This document shows positions 50,786-61,078 of a stretch of DNA of 64,000 bases, piece after piece. The stretch lies in the NCBI GenBank assembly GCA_016187745.1, contig JACPJC010000001.1, positions 55,977-119,976 on the forward strand, written 5' to 3'. The stretch is from Candidatus Iainarchaeum sp. GTDB taxonomy: Archaea > Iainarchaeota > Iainarchaeia > Iainarchaeales > JAXPJC01. A program made the translations under genes and the position numbers. Below the pieces are notes generated by a model, which was not told the DNA's origin, made no database searches, and was given only the letters and a program-made list of their open reading frames with translations. Position 1 is the first letter of the stretch. Each line of letters begins with the position of its first letter.

Positions 50786-51367
50786 ATGACTTGCATGAAG
50801 GAAGAAATAAGAAAAAAAGCTTTGCAGGAGCGCAATTCAGTTTCAGAATTCGAGATTCAGGAAAAAAGCAAAAGAATCTGGAGCAATCTTTTTTCAATGC
50901 CGGAATTCGCTTCAGCGCAAAAAGTGATGTTTTATGTAAATATAGGGAGCGAGGTTGAAACAAAACGCATGATAAAAAGGGCACTGGAATTGGGCAAAGA
51001 AGTAATAGTGCCAATTGCAGACTTCAAAGACAACAAATTATTATTAAGCAGAATAAATTCTATTTCAGAACTTGGGGAAAATGAAAAAACAAGGCTTTTG
51101 GAGCCAAAGGAAGAATTTTCCAAGCCGGCAGATGCAAAAGAACTTGATTTGCTTATTGTGCCTGGCATTTCCTTTGATTTTAAAGGAAACAGGATCGGTT
51201 ATGGCAGGGGCTTTTACGATAAGTTTATTAGCGGGGCAGAACTAAATGAAAGCGCAGTGTTGATTGGATTGGCATTTGAGATGCAGTTGCAGGATTGCCT
51301 GCCAAGCAATGGGAGCGATTGCAGGGTGCATAAGATTGTTACTGAGAAAAGAATAATAAATTGTTAA
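50786..51367 (+). CDS. 5-formyltetrahydrofolate cyclo-ligase
   Basis: K.EIR, SEVET, VPG..FD..G.RIGYG.GFYD. Confidence 0.93.
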   Translation: MTCMKEEIRKKALQERNSVSEFEIQEKSKRIWSNLFSMPEFASAQKVMFYVNIGSEVETKRMIKRALELGKEVIVPIADFKDNKLLLSRINSISELGENEKTRLLEPKEEFSKPADAKELDLLIVPGISFDFKGNRIGYGRGFYDKFISGAELNESAVLIGLAFEMQLQDCLPSNGSDCRVHKIVTEKRIINC

Positions 51368-51373
51368 AATAAA

Positions 51374-51991
51374 TCATAGAATTTTTACCCTTCTGCCCTC
51401 GACTTTTATTTTTCCTTCCTGAAATTTCATTATTGCCTGCAGGATTATTTCCTGCTCTGCTTTCTGCACTTTTTCCTTAAGGGAATCAACAGTTTCTGTT
51501 TCCTCTATCTGAACTGCCTTTTGCATGATTATTGGGCCAGCATCAGGGGTTTCATCAACAAAGTGCAATGTGCATCCAGAAACCTTGCACCCGTGCTCCA
51601 AAACAGCAGCATGCACATTCTTGTCCATTCCGCCTGCAAAAGCAGGCAATAATGAGGGATGAATATTCATTATTCTGTTGCTGAACTTTCCAACAAATCC
51701 TTTACTCAAAAAGCGCATGTAACCTATGAGCAGAATCAAATCTATGTTGCGTTTTGTAATTTCGTTTGCAACTGCATTGTCAAATTCTTCCCTGCCCTGA
51801 AAATTCTTTGGGTTTATGTGCATTGCCTCAATCCCGTGAATTTTTGCCCTTTCAAGTATGTAGGCATCTTCCTTATCCGAAATTACTATTGCAATTTCAG
51901 CATCAAGCTCCTTGGAATTTATTGCATCTATTACCGCCTGCAAATCAGTTCCGCGCGTTGACCCCAGAACAGCAATCTTCAATTTATTCAT
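51374..51991 (-). CDS. purN: phosphoribosylglycinamide formyltransferase
   Basis: STRGT, GYMR.L, NIHPSLLP.F.G, SGCT.H.V...D.GPII.Q. Confidence 0.95.
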   Translation of the reverse strand: MNKLKIAVLGSTRGTDLQAVIDAINSKELDAEIAIVISDKEDAYILERAKIHGIEAMHINPKNFQGREEFDNAVANEITKRNIDLILLIGYMRFLSKGFVGKFSNRIMNIHPSLLPAFAGGMDKNVHAAVLEHGCKVSGCTLHFVDETPDAGPIIMQKAVQIEETETVDSLKEKVQKAEQEIILQAIMKFQEGKIKVEGRRVKIL

Positions 51992-52856
51992 TTTTGTTTC
52001 CTTCCGCAATTTGCATCTTTGCCGCTTCCAGAACATTTTTCATCAGGCATGCAACAGTCATCGGTCCAACTCCCCCCGGAACAGGAGTAATGTAACCTGC
52101 AACTTTTGAAACTTCATCAAAATTCACATCGCCAACAATTTTTCCATCGCCTAAGCGGTTTATGCCAACATCGATTATAACCGCATTTTTCTTGACCATT
52201 TTTTTGTTTATCAAATTCTTTTTGCCAACAGCAACAATTAGTATGTCGGCATTTTTTGTGTGCTGAGCAATATTTTTTGTGGCTTTATGGCAGATTTCTA
52301 CCGTTGCTTCCCTATTGAGCAGCATTGATGCAAGAGGCTTCCCAACAATATTGCTTGCCCCGACAATTACCGCATTTTTCCCCCTAAGTCTGATTTTTGC
52401 TGATTCTATTAATTTTATTATCCCCAAGGGGGTGCAGGGAGCAAGCGTTTCATTTCCCAGCATTAGGTTGCCCATATTTTCAGGAGTGAAGCCATCAACA
52501 TCCTTTTCCGGAGCAATTTTTTGCATTATCCTTCCGGCATTTATGTGCTTTGGCAAAGGCAGTTGGACTAAAATCCCATTTGTGTTTGCATTGGAATTCA
52601 GCCTTTCTATAAGTCTAATCAATTCATCTTCTTTTGTGCTTTCTGGAAGGCTGTACTGCTCAGAAAGAATTCCCGCCTCATCCGCGGCCTTCTTTTTGGC
52701 TTTAACATAAATTTCAGACGCAGGATTGCTGCCAAGCATTATTACTGCCAAAAGAGGCTGCAAGTTGTGAGAATTTTTAATGCCTGCAATTTCTTCCTTT
52801 ATGCGCATCCTTATTTCTTCTGCAATTGCCCTGCCATCAATAATTTCAGCTTTCAT
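51984..52856 (-). CDS. folD: methylenetetrahydrofolate dehydrogenase/cyclohydrolase
   Basis: YV..K, VQLPLP, KDVDG, PCTP, S.IVG.P, TPVPGGVGPMT. Confidence 0.96.
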   Translation of the reverse strand: MKAEIIDGRAIAEEIRMRIKEEIAGIKNSHNLQPLLAVIMLGSNPASEIYVKAKKKAADEAGILSEQYSLPESTKEDELIRLIERLNSNANTNGILVQLPLPKHINAGRIMQKIAPEKDVDGFTPENMGNLMLGNETLAPCTPLGIIKLIESAKIRLRGKNAVIVGASNIVGKPLASMLLNREATVEICHKATKNIAQHTKNADILIVAVGKKNLINKKMVKKNAVIIDVGINRLGDGKIVGDVNFDEVSKVAGYITPVPGGVGPMTVACLMKNVLEAAKMQIAEGNKNE

Positions 52857-52897
52857 ATTTTCTCAATAGGTTGGGCTTGGCAAATTAAATAAAATGA

Positions 52898-54136
52898 TCA
52901 ATAGAAGGGAAACCGCCCGCAAAGCCCAAGCACTTCCTCCTTAATCTTCTGCTTTTCATGCGCATTATTGATGTTGTCAAGCGCCCTTACAATTAACTTC
53001 GCAATTTCCTTCATTTCATTTTCTTTCATGCCGCGGGTTGTTACAACAGGCGTGCCAATCCTTATGCCGCTCGGGTCATAGGGCTTCCTTTCATCAAAGG
53101 GAATCATGTTCTTGTTAACTGTTATATTAACTTCATCAAGCGCAGTTTCCGCCTGTTTTCCTGTAATTCCCCTGTTCCTCAAATCAAGAAGCATTAAGTG
53201 GTTGTCAGTGCCGTTGCTTACCAATTTTACGCCAAGAGCCATCAGTTCAGAAGCAAGTGCCTTTGCATTTTTCACAATTTGTTTCTGATATTCAATGAAT
53301 TCCGGCTTCATTGCTTCCGCAAAGCAGACGGCCTTTGCAGCATTTATATGGTCATGAGGGCCTCCCTGCAACCCGGGGAAAACGGCCTTGTCAATTTTTT
53401 CAGCAAACTCCTGCTTGCACATTATGATTGCTCCGCGCGGGCCACGAAGGGTTTTGTGGGTTGTTGTTGTAACAACATCTGTGAAAGGAAAAGGGCTTTT
53501 ATGCAAATTTGCAATAATCAGGCCAGCAATATGTGCAATGTCTGCAAAGGAGTATGCGCCAACAGAATCAGCAATCTCATCAATCGCCTTGAAGTCAATC
53601 TCTCTGGGATATGCGCTTGCCCCTGAAACTATCATCTTCGGCCGCTCACTTTCAGCAAGCTTCTTCAGCGCACCATAATCCATCATTTCAGTTTCTTTGT
53701 CAACACAATAGGGAATCTGCCTGTAGAGAATTCCTGAAAAGCTTACTGCGCTTCCATGCGTCAAATGGCCTCCGTGGGCCAAAGACATGCCCATGAATTT
53801 ATCTCCGGGGTTAAGGAGCGCAAAATAAACAGCCATGTTTGCGGGGCTTCCGGAATAAGGCTGGATATTCACATGCTCTGCGCCGAAAAGCCTTTTTGCA
53901 CGTTCGATGGCAAGTTCCTCAACAACATCAACAAACTCCTGGCCGCCATAATAGCGCTTGTGCGGATAGCCCTCAGAATATTTGTTTGTAAAAATGGAGC
54001 CCATAGCCTCAAGCACTGCCGTGCTCACAAGATTTTCTGAAGGAATCAATTCAATAACATTCATCTGCCTGTTCTTTTCATTCTCAATTGCCTGGGCAAC
54101 TGCAGGATCAATATGTTTTAGGTTATTAGGCTGAAT
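52898..54136 (-). CDS. glyA: serine hydroxymethyltransferase (bacterial type)
   Basis: [41 protein letters not shown]. Start uncertain (ATT at 54136 or TTG at 54166). Confidence 0.95.
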   Translation of the reverse strand: MQPNNLKHIDPAVAQAIENEKNRQMNVIELIPSENLVSTAVLEAMGSIFTNKYSEGYPHKRYYGGQEFVDVVEELAIERAKRLFGAEHVNIQPYSGSPANMAVYFALLNPGDKFMGMSLAHGGHLTHGSAVSFSGILYRQIPYCVDKETEMMDYGALKKLAESERPKMIVSGASAYPREIDFKAIDEIADSVGAYSFADIAHIAGLIIANLHKSPFPFTDVVTTTTHKTLRGPRGAIIMCKQEFAEKIDKAVFPGLQGGPHDHINAAKAVCFAEAMKPEFIEYQKQIVKNAKALASELMALGVKLVSNGTDNHLMLLDLRNRGITGKQAETALDEVNITVNKNMIPFDERKPYDPSGIRIGTPVVTTRGMKENEMKEIAKLIVRALDNINNAHEKQKIKEEVLGLCGRFPFY

Positions 54137-54160
54137 TCTCCCAACCCCATAGTAAAAATG

Positions 54161-54186
54161 AAACAAAGCATTTAAAGGTTTTTGTT
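54161..54186. promoter_or_regulatory. bidirectional promoter with a single palindromic TATA box
   Basis: TTTAAA at 54171-54176 with A-rich BRE-like sequence upstream on each strand, between divergent glyA and purC. Confidence 0.5.
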
Positions 54187-54208
54187 GTTATTTTAATTGG
54201 GGGGGAGG

Positions 54209-55174
54209 ATGGGCTCGGTTAAAAACATAGTTGTAAAGAAAGAAGCCTCAGAAGGCACTATGGGAATTGGAGTCTTTGAATTCACTGATGATTACAGCGT
54301 ATTTGATTATGGGAAAATGCCTGACACGATTCCGGGCAAGGGCGAAGCATTGTGCAGGACAGCGGCATATAATTTCAGGCAGCTTGAAAAGCTAGGCATC
54401 AAAACCCATTTCAGAAGCCTTGCAAGCGACAATGAAATGGAAATAAATCTTGTAAGGGTGCTTTATCCGCAGCGGAATGAAATAGCAATGGAAACAACTA
54501 ATTATTTGGTGCCCCTTGAAATAATCTACAGAAACTCCCTCCCTGAAGGCAGCAGCGTATTCAAGCGCATTGCAAACGGCAGCCTAAAACCAAGTGATTT
54601 GGGTTTAGAGCATATGCCAAAACCCGGTGAGAGGCTTGAAAAGCCGATAATGGATGTTTCAACAAAGCTCGAGGTTGGCGATCGTTACTTAACCTGGGAA
54701 GAGGCAAGAGAGTTAGCCAAAATTTCGCAAAAACAGATAGAGGAAATAAAAGAAACGGCCATAAGAATAGATGATTTTATAACCAAAAAGGCAGAATCGC
54801 TGGGACTGGAGCATGCAGATGGGAAGGTTGAGTTTGCAATCTCCCCCAAAAATGAAATAATGCTTGTTGATGTTGCCGGCACATTGGATGAGGACAGAAT
54901 GCTTTCGGATGGAGTGCATGTAAGCAAGCAGGTCCTGCGCGATTACTACAAAACAACCCCATGGGCGGATGCAATGATAAAAGCCAAGGAATCAGGCAAA
55001 CCCCAAGAGAGCTGGCCAAGGCCAGAAGCGCTGCCAAAGGAATTGCTTGAAATTGTAAGCAACATGTACAAATCAGTCTGTGAAGCTTGGTGCGGCATTA
55101 AGATCTGGAATGCCCCGGGTATTGAAGAGATTGTGCATAGCTATAAGGATTTCCATGAAAAGCAGGAAAAGTGA
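54209..55174 (+). CDS. purC: SAICAR synthetase (archaeal long type)
   Basis: MGSVK, FTDDYSVFD, GKG, PLEIIYRN, STK.E, DGKVEF, D..GT.DE.R, SKQ..R. Confidence 0.94.
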   Translation: MGSVKNIVVKKEASEGTMGIGVFEFTDDYSVFDYGKMPDTIPGKGEALCRTAAYNFRQLEKLGIKTHFRSLASDNEMEINLVRVLYPQRNEIAMETTNYLVPLEIIYRNSLPEGSSVFKRIANGSLKPSDLGLEHMPKPGERLEKPIMDVSTKLEVGDRYLTWEEARELAKISQKQIEEIKETAIRIDDFITKKAESLGLEHADGKVEFAISPKNEIMLVDVAGTLDEDRMLSDGVHVSKQVLRDYYKTTPWADAMIKAKESGKPQESWPRPEALPKELLEIVSNMYKSVCEAWCGIKIWNAPGIEEIVHSYKDFHEKQEK

Positions 55175-55178
55175 AATT

Positions 55179-55661
55179 ATGCAAGAATTTGTTGCCGTAT
55201 TGCTTGGCTCAAAATCCGATTTGGAGCATGCGAACAAGATTACAGGACTGCTGAAGGAATTTGGGATTGAATTTGAAGTAAGGGTTGCATCAGCGCACAA
55301 ATCCCCCGAGCATCTGCTTGAGATTGTAAGGCAATACGATTCTTCAAAGAAAAGCCTGGTTTACATTGCGGTTGCAGGGAGGAGCAACGCTCTCTGCGGA
55401 ATGCTTGACGGCGCCACAATAAACCCGGTAATAACATGCCCGCTATACTCCGAAAAATTCTCAGGAATGGACATACTTTCATCATTGAGAATGCCCGGCG
55501 GCATTGCATGCACCACAATCCTTGAGCCGGATGGCGCGGCATTAGCGGCAATCAGGATATTGGCATTGCATAACATGGAACTGCAAAAAAGATTGCAGGA
55601 TTATAAGAGGGAGTTGCAAGAGAAGATAAAGAAAGATGATTCTGAATTGAAGGGAAAATGA
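55179..55661 (+). CDS. purE: AIR carboxylase, class II-like
   Basis: GSKSD, SAHK, IAVAGRSNAL, PVI.CP, SSLRMP. Confidence 0.9.
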   Translation: MQEFVAVLLGSKSDLEHANKITGLLKEFGIEFEVRVASAHKSPEHLLEIVRQYDSSKKSLVYIAVAGRSNALCGMLDGATINPVITCPLYSEKFSGMDILSSLRMPGGIACTTILEPDGAALAAIRILALHNMELQKRLQDYKRELQEKIKKDDSELKGK

Positions 55662-57050
55662 ATGGACTTGTTTGACAGTGTCTCTCCGCTGGATTACCGC
55701 TATTACGGCAGGGAAGATTCTTTGGTAAAGGAGCTGGGGCAGTATTTTTCAGAGAATGCGCGCATAAAATACCAGGCAAGGGTTGAGGCAGCGCTTGCAA
55801 ATGCGCTTGCGAAGAAAGGCATTTGCTCCGAGAAAATAGCAAAAGAGATTTCAGAAGCAGCGGAAAAGGTCAGCGCTGAAGAGGTTTATGCTGAAGAGGA
55901 CAGGATAAAGCACGATGTCAGGGCATTGGCAAATTGCATCCGCGCAAAAGTAAGCGGTGAGGCAAAGCCATTTGTGCATTTTTCCGCAACATCCTATGAT
56001 ATTATTGACAGCGCAAACGCACTCCGCTACAAAGAGGCTACTGAGAGGGTTGTGCTGCCGGCGCTTAAGGAATTGGAGAAATCACTTATAGAATTGGCGC
56101 TGAATGAAAAATCAACCCTGCAAATAGGCAGGACTCACGGGCAGCACGCAGAGCCGATAACATTCGGATTCGCCCTCGCAGAATATGTTGACAGGCTGGG
56201 CAACAGAATAAAGGCAATTGGGCATGCAAAAGACAGCATTGTCGGAAAATTCTCTGGCGCGGTGGGGGCGCACAATGCAGCCTCCCTGTTTTTTGACAAG
56301 CCTCTTGAATTTGAAGCCGCGGTATTGCACGAACTGGGCTTGAAGGCGGCATTGCACAGCACGCAAATAGTTGCACCTGAGCCGGTGGTTGATCTGGCGC
56401 ATGCAGCAGTTAGTGCATTCTCGGTTCTTGCGAATTTTGCCGATGATATGCGGAACTTGCAGCGCTCTGAAATAGCAGAAGTTGCAGAGCAGTTTTCAGG
56501 CAAGCAGGTGGGGAGCAGCACAATGCCGCACAAAAGAAATCCAATCAACTTTGAGAATGTCAAAAGCCTTTACAAGGAATTCATGCCCAGAATGAATACG
56601 GTCTATCTTGACCAGATCAGCGAGCATCAGAGGGATTTGACAAACTCCGCCTCTTCGCGTTTCATGCCAGAATTGTTTGTTGCGCTGATAATATGTGCAA
56701 AACGCCTGAATAAGGTGTGCAAGGGAATGGTTGTTGATAAGGCAAGCATGCATAAGAATTTCATGCAGAGCAGGAACCTGCTGGTTGCAGAGCCCCTTTA
56801 TATCCTTCTTGCATATTATGGCCATGCAGATGCGCACGAGTATGTAAGAGAGCTTACGCTGAAGGCCAAACAGACGGAAAAATCATTATGGGAATTGGCC
56901 ATGGCTGACAATTCCATCAGGGAATATGTCAACAAATTCACTCCAAAACAAAAGGGCACGCTTTCAAATCCCGAGCAATATGTGGGAATTGCAGAAAAAA
57001 AGACTGAAGGAATATGCGAACATTGGAGCAAGGAGCTTGATTTGCAGTGA
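55662..57050 (+). CDS. purB: adenylosuccinate lyase
   Basis: SPLDYRY, HD, TS.D, GRTHGQHA, GSSTMPHKRNP, RDLTNS. Confidence 0.96.
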   Translation: MDLFDSVSPLDYRYYGREDSLVKELGQYFSENARIKYQARVEAALANALAKKGICSEKIAKEISEAAEKVSAEEVYAEEDRIKHDVRALANCIRAKVSGEAKPFVHFSATSYDIIDSANALRYKEATERVVLPALKELEKSLIELALNEKSTLQIGRTHGQHAEPITFGFALAEYVDRLGNRIKAIGHAKDSIVGKFSGAVGAHNAASLFFDKPLEFEAAVLHELGLKAALHSTQIVAPEPVVDLAHAAVSAFSVLANFADDMRNLQRSEIAEVAEQFSGKQVGSSTMPHKRNPINFENVKSLYKEFMPRMNTVYLDQISEHQRDLTNSASSRFMPELFVALIICAKRLNKVCKGMVVDKASMHKNFMQSRNLLVAEPLYILLAYYGHADAHEYVRELTLKAKQTEKSLWELAMADNSIREYVNKFTPKQKGTLSNPEQYVGIAEKKTEGICEHWSKELDLQ

Positions 57051-58078
57051 ATGGCATTACATATAAGGATGCGGGCGTTGATATTGATGCGGGCAATGAG
57101 GCTGTAAAGCGCTTAAAGGCGCACGCAGAGAGAACATTCAACGATTCTGTGCTGTTGGGCATAGGGCATTTTTCCGGGGCAATAGACGCTGAAATGCTGA
57201 AAGCATACAAGCAGCCGGTTATTGTAGGCTCAATAGATGGAGTTGGCACAAAAACAATGGTCGCCTCGCTTATGGACTCCTGGGGCTCAATAGGAAAGGA
57301 TTTGGTTAACCATTCGGCAAACGATATTTTATGCACAGGCGCAAAGCCGCTGTTTTTTCTTGATTATATAGCATCCTCGCACCTAAAGCCAACGGTAATT
57401 GAACAAATAGTAAAAGGAATGAGCGAGGCATGCGCAGAGCTAAATATGCCGCTGATTGGGGGGGAAACAGCAGAAATGCCCGGGGTTTATGAAAAAGGCC
57501 AGCATGATATTGTTGGCTGCATTACGGGCATTCTGGAAAAAGCAAGGGTAATAGACGGCTCCAAAACCCAAAAGGGCGATAAGCTAATCGGCTTGGCATC
57601 TAATGGGCTGCATACCAACGGCTTCTCATTGGCAAGGAAAGTATTGTTTGATGTAATGCATTACAATGCGCATGAATCTGTTGCAGGGCTTGACTGCAGC
57701 ATAGGAGAAGAACTCCTTAAGGTGCACAGGTGCTATTCAAACCCTGTTCTGCCCCTATTTGGAAAATTTGATATAAAGGGAATTGCACACATAACCGGCG
57801 GGGGATTTATAGATAATATCCCGAGGATAATCCCAAAAGGCCTGGCGGCGCATATTCATAAAAAACAAGTTCCGATTTTAGATATATTCAAATTAATTCA
57901 GCGTTGCGGGAATGTGCCTGAAGCAGAAATGTTCAGAACATTCAACATGGGCGTTGGCCTGGTTCTTGTTGTGCCTGAGCAGCAGGCCGATGGCATTTTG
58001 CAGGAATTGGAAGGGCGCGGCGAAACATGCCATGTAATCGGGGAAATAGTGGAAGGAGAAGGAGTTAAGCTGGTATAA
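57047..58078 (+). CDS. purM: AIR synthetase
   Basis: YKDAGVD, DGVGTK, FLDY, GGETAEMP, SNGLHTNG, HITGGG, FNMG.G. Confidence 0.97.
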   Translation: MNGITYKDAGVDIDAGNEAVKRLKAHAERTFNDSVLLGIGHFSGAIDAEMLKAYKQPVIVGSIDGVGTKTMVASLMDSWGSIGKDLVNHSANDILCTGAKPLFFLDYIASSHLKPTVIEQIVKGMSEACAELNMPLIGGETAEMPGVYEKGQHDIVGCITGILEKARVIDGSKTQKGDKLIGLASNGLHTNGFSLARKVLFDVMHYNAHESVAGLDCSIGEELLKVHRCYSNPVLPLFGKFDIKGIAHITGGGFIDNIPRIIPKGLAAHIHKKQVPILDIFKLIQRCGNVPEAEMFRTFNMGVGLVLVVPEQQADGILQELEGRGETCHVIGEIVEGEGVKLV

Positions 58079-58089
58079 AGTGAATTCTT

Positions 58090-61077
58090 ATGGCGCACAG
58101 AATTGAAATTGGTTCAAAAATTCCAGATATGCGCGCGAGCCTTAGAAAGAAAAAGCTTGAAGCGGCAGGATTTTCAGGAAAGTTGAAAAGCCTTGAGCTT
58201 ATTGATGCATACACTATTGATTTTGCTCTTTCCGGCGAAGAGTTGGAAAATATTGCATCACTGCTTTCAAACCCCGTCTTCCAGGAGGCGCAGGTTGACG
58301 AGCCCATAGCCAAGGGAGGGTTTGATTATGCAATTGAAGTCGGCTTTCTGCCGGGAGTTACTGACAATGTTGGAAACACCGCAAGGGAATGCATCGAGGA
58401 TTTGTTGAAGATAAAGCTTCCCGGCCAGGCAGTTTATTCCTCACAGCTAATGCTTGTTTCTGGCAGCTTATCAAAGGAAGATGCCATGGGGGTGGGAGAA
58501 GCGATAGCAAATACGCTTATCCAGAGAATCCATATCAAAGATTGCAAAGATTTCCTGAGAGGCAATGGAATGGGAATTATTGTTCCGAAAGTAAAGCTTC
58601 ATGAGCAGCCAAAGGCAGCCAAGGCAGATGTCATTGGCATTACAGATGTTAATGATGATGAATTGATTGTTATTGGCAAGCAGGGAATCGCAAATCCGGA
58701 TGGCACAAGAAGAGGCCCTCTTGCACTGGACCTTACTTACATGAAGGCAATCCGTGAATATTTCCTTAGAGAGGGAAGGAATCCTACTGATGTTGAGCTG
58801 GAATCCATCGCCCAAACATGGTCTGAGCACTGCAAGCACACAATATTCGCCGATCCGATTGATGAGTTTGAGGAAGGGTTGTACAGAAAATTCATCAAGG
58901 CAGCAACAAACAAAATAAGAAAAGGCAAAGGCGCCAGGGACTTCTGCATTTCGGTTTTCACTGACAATTCAGGGGCAATCAGATTTGATGATAATTACCT
59001 AATAACAGCCAAGGTTGAAACCCATAACAGCCCTTCGGCATTGGATCCTTTCGGAGGCGCGATAACAGGAATTGTAGGAGTTAACAGAGACGCCATAGGT
59101 TTTGGCCTTGGCGCAAAGCCTATCATAAACACATATGGCTTTTGTTTTGCAGATCCGAATGATGCAAAGCCCATATACAAGGGGAAAAATCTAACGCAAA
59201 GGATGCTTCTGCCAAGGAGGATAATGGACGGGGTTATTGAAGGCATCAATGCCGGAGGGAATTGCTCAGGCATTCCAACAACACAGGGCTTTGTTTATTT
59301 TGATTCAAGGTTTAAAGGAAAGCCCCTGGTATTTGCCGGCACCCTGGGCCTGATTCCAAAAAAGGTTCTTGGCAATAAATCATATGAGAAAGAGGCAAGA
59401 CCAGGAGACTGCATAGTCATGATTGGGGGCAGGGTTGGAAAGGACGGCATCCATGGCGCTACATTCTCCTCTGAAGCCATCGATTCAGGAAGCCCTGCAA
59501 CAGCTGTGCAGATAGGCGACCCTATTACCCAGAAAAAACTGAGCGATGCAGTTGTAAAAGAGGCAAGGGATTTGTGTTTGTACAATAGCATTACAGACAA
59601 TGGCGCTGGCGGTTTATCGTGCTCAGTTGCAGAAATGGCGCGCGAATCCGATGGCTGCATTGTTGAATTGGATAAAGTGCCATTAAAATACCAAGGCCTA
59701 AATCCGTGGGAAATCTGGATTTCTGAATCCCAGGAAAGAATGACGCTTGCAGTTCCCAAAGAAAAATTGCATGCCTTTTCTGATTTGATGAAAAGGAGGG
59801 GTGTTGAAGCAACGGTTATTGGGGAATTTACTGCTTCTGGCAGATGCGTTGTCAATTATAGTGGACAAAAAGTAATGGATATTGACATGGAGTTTTTGCA
59901 CAACGGCCTGCCGCCAAGGCCCATAAAAACCAGATTCGCAAGGCAGATGCATGAAGAGCCTAAACTTCCTTCGGATGGGGATTTGACGGATTCTTTGCAC
60001 AATATGCTTGAAAGGCTGAACATTGCTAGCTATGAATTCATTTCACAGCAATATGACCATGAGGTTCAAGGAGGCTCTGTTATAAAGCCGCTTCAGGGCA
60101 GAGGCAGGGTTAATGGCGATGCTACAATTGTGAAGCCGCTTCTGGACTCGCACAAGGGCATTGTAATTTCTCAAGGCATTAATCCGAGCTACAGCGATAT
60201 TGATACATACAACATGGCCGCTTGTGCGATAGACACAGCAATCAGAAATGCAATTGCCGCAGGCGCGAATCTTGAATATTTGGCATTGCTTGATAATTTC
60301 TGCTGGTGCAGTTCAAATGAGCCTGAAAGATTAGGGCAGTTGAAAAGAGCAGCCCAGGCCTGCCATGATTATGCAATTGCATTTGAAGTGCCATTCATTT
60401 CTGGAAAAGACAGCATGTTCAATGATTTCAAGGGCTTTGATGAAAAAGGCAGGGCAGTAAAGATCTCTGTGCCTCCGACACTGCTGATTTCATCAGTAGG
60501 CATTATTGAGGATGCGGAAAAGGCAGTTTCTTTGGATGCAAAATTTGAAAACGACCTTGTTTATGTTTTGGGCGAGACATATGATGAGCTTGGTGGTTCT
60601 GAATACTTTGCAATGCTGGGCGAGCAGGAAAATGGCAAAAGCCATATAGGCAACAAAGTTCCTGCGGTTGATGCTGCAAAAAACAAAAAGCTCTATAATG
60701 CGCTTTCAAGAGCAATAGAGAAAGAGTTTGTGGCTTCTGCGCAGAGCGTTCACAGGGGAGGTCTTGCAGTTGCACTGGCAAAAACAGCAATTGCAGGCAC
60801 ATTGGGCATGGAAAGTTCCCTGGAGGCGCTTCCGGGGGATAAGTTGAGAGATGATTCTGCCTTTTATTCTGAAAGCCCCGGCAGGTTGGTAGTAACAGTT
60901 AATAGCACAAATAAAGAAAGCTTTGAGCAGATAATGCACGGCAATCCTTTTGCGCAAATAGGTATAGTCAGGGGAGACGGCAAATTTATAATAAAAGGAA
61001 GAGCCGGAAAAACCATTATAAACACAAATATAAGTGACATGCTTAAATCATACAAATCAACTTTCGGGGGTTATTGA
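58090..61077 (+). CDS. purL: FGAM synthase synthetase subunit with N-terminal PurS-like extension
   Basis: QTWSEHCKH, ETHNSPS, DGIHGATFSS, DNGAGG, SESQERM, YDHEV, ISGKDS; ~190-aa N-terminal extension with PGVTDN. Confidence 0.95.
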   Translation: MAHRIEIGSKIPDMRASLRKKKLEAAGFSGKLKSLELIDAYTIDFALSGEELENIASLLSNPVFQEAQVDEPIAKGGFDYAIEVGFLPGVTDNVGNTARECIEDLLKIKLPGQAVYSSQLMLVSGSLSKEDAMGVGEAIANTLIQRIHIKDCKDFLRGNGMGIIVPKVKLHEQPKAAKADVIGITDVNDDELIVIGKQGIANPDGTRRGPLALDLTYMKAIREYFLREGRNPTDVELESIAQTWSEHCKHTIFADPIDEFEEGLYRKFIKAATNKIRKGKGARDFCISVFTDNSGAIRFDDNYLITAKVETHNSPSALDPFGGAITGIVGVNRDAIGFGLGAKPIINTYGFCFADPNDAKPIYKGKNLTQRMLLPRRIMDGVIEGINAGGNCSGIPTTQGFVYFDSRFKGKPLVFAGTLGLIPKKVLGNKSYEKEARPGDCIVMIGGRVGKDGIHGATFSSEAIDSGSPATAVQIGDPITQKKLSDAVVKEARDLCLYNSITDNGAGGLSCSVAEMARESDGCIVELDKVPLKYQGLNPWEIWISESQERMTLAVPKEKLHAFSDLMKRRGVEATVIGEFTASGRCVVNYSGQKVMDIDMEFLHNGLPPRPIKTRFARQMHEEPKLPSDGDLTDSLHNMLERLNIASYEFISQQYDHEVQGGSVIKPLQGRGRVNGDATIVKPLLDSHKGIVISQGINPSYSDIDTYNMAACAIDTAIRNAIAAGANLEYLALLDNFCWCSSNEPERLGQLKRAAQACHDYAIAFEVPFISGKDSMFNDFKGFDEKGRAVKISVPPTLLISSVGIIEDAEKAVSLDAKFENDLVYVLGETYDELGGSEYFAMLGEQENGKSHIGNKVPAVDAAKNKKLYNALSRAIEKEFVASAQSVHRGGLAVALAKTAIAGTLGMESSLEALPGDKLRDDSAFYSESPGRLVVTVNSTNKESFEQIMHGNPFAQIGIVRGDGKFIIKGRAGKTIINTNISDMLKSYKSTFGGY

Positions 61078-61078
61078 G

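Noticed and set aside
52865-52875. AATAGGT match to the predicted TnpB guide
   Set aside because: Only 7 nt match and there is no TTTAA upstream; expected by chance.
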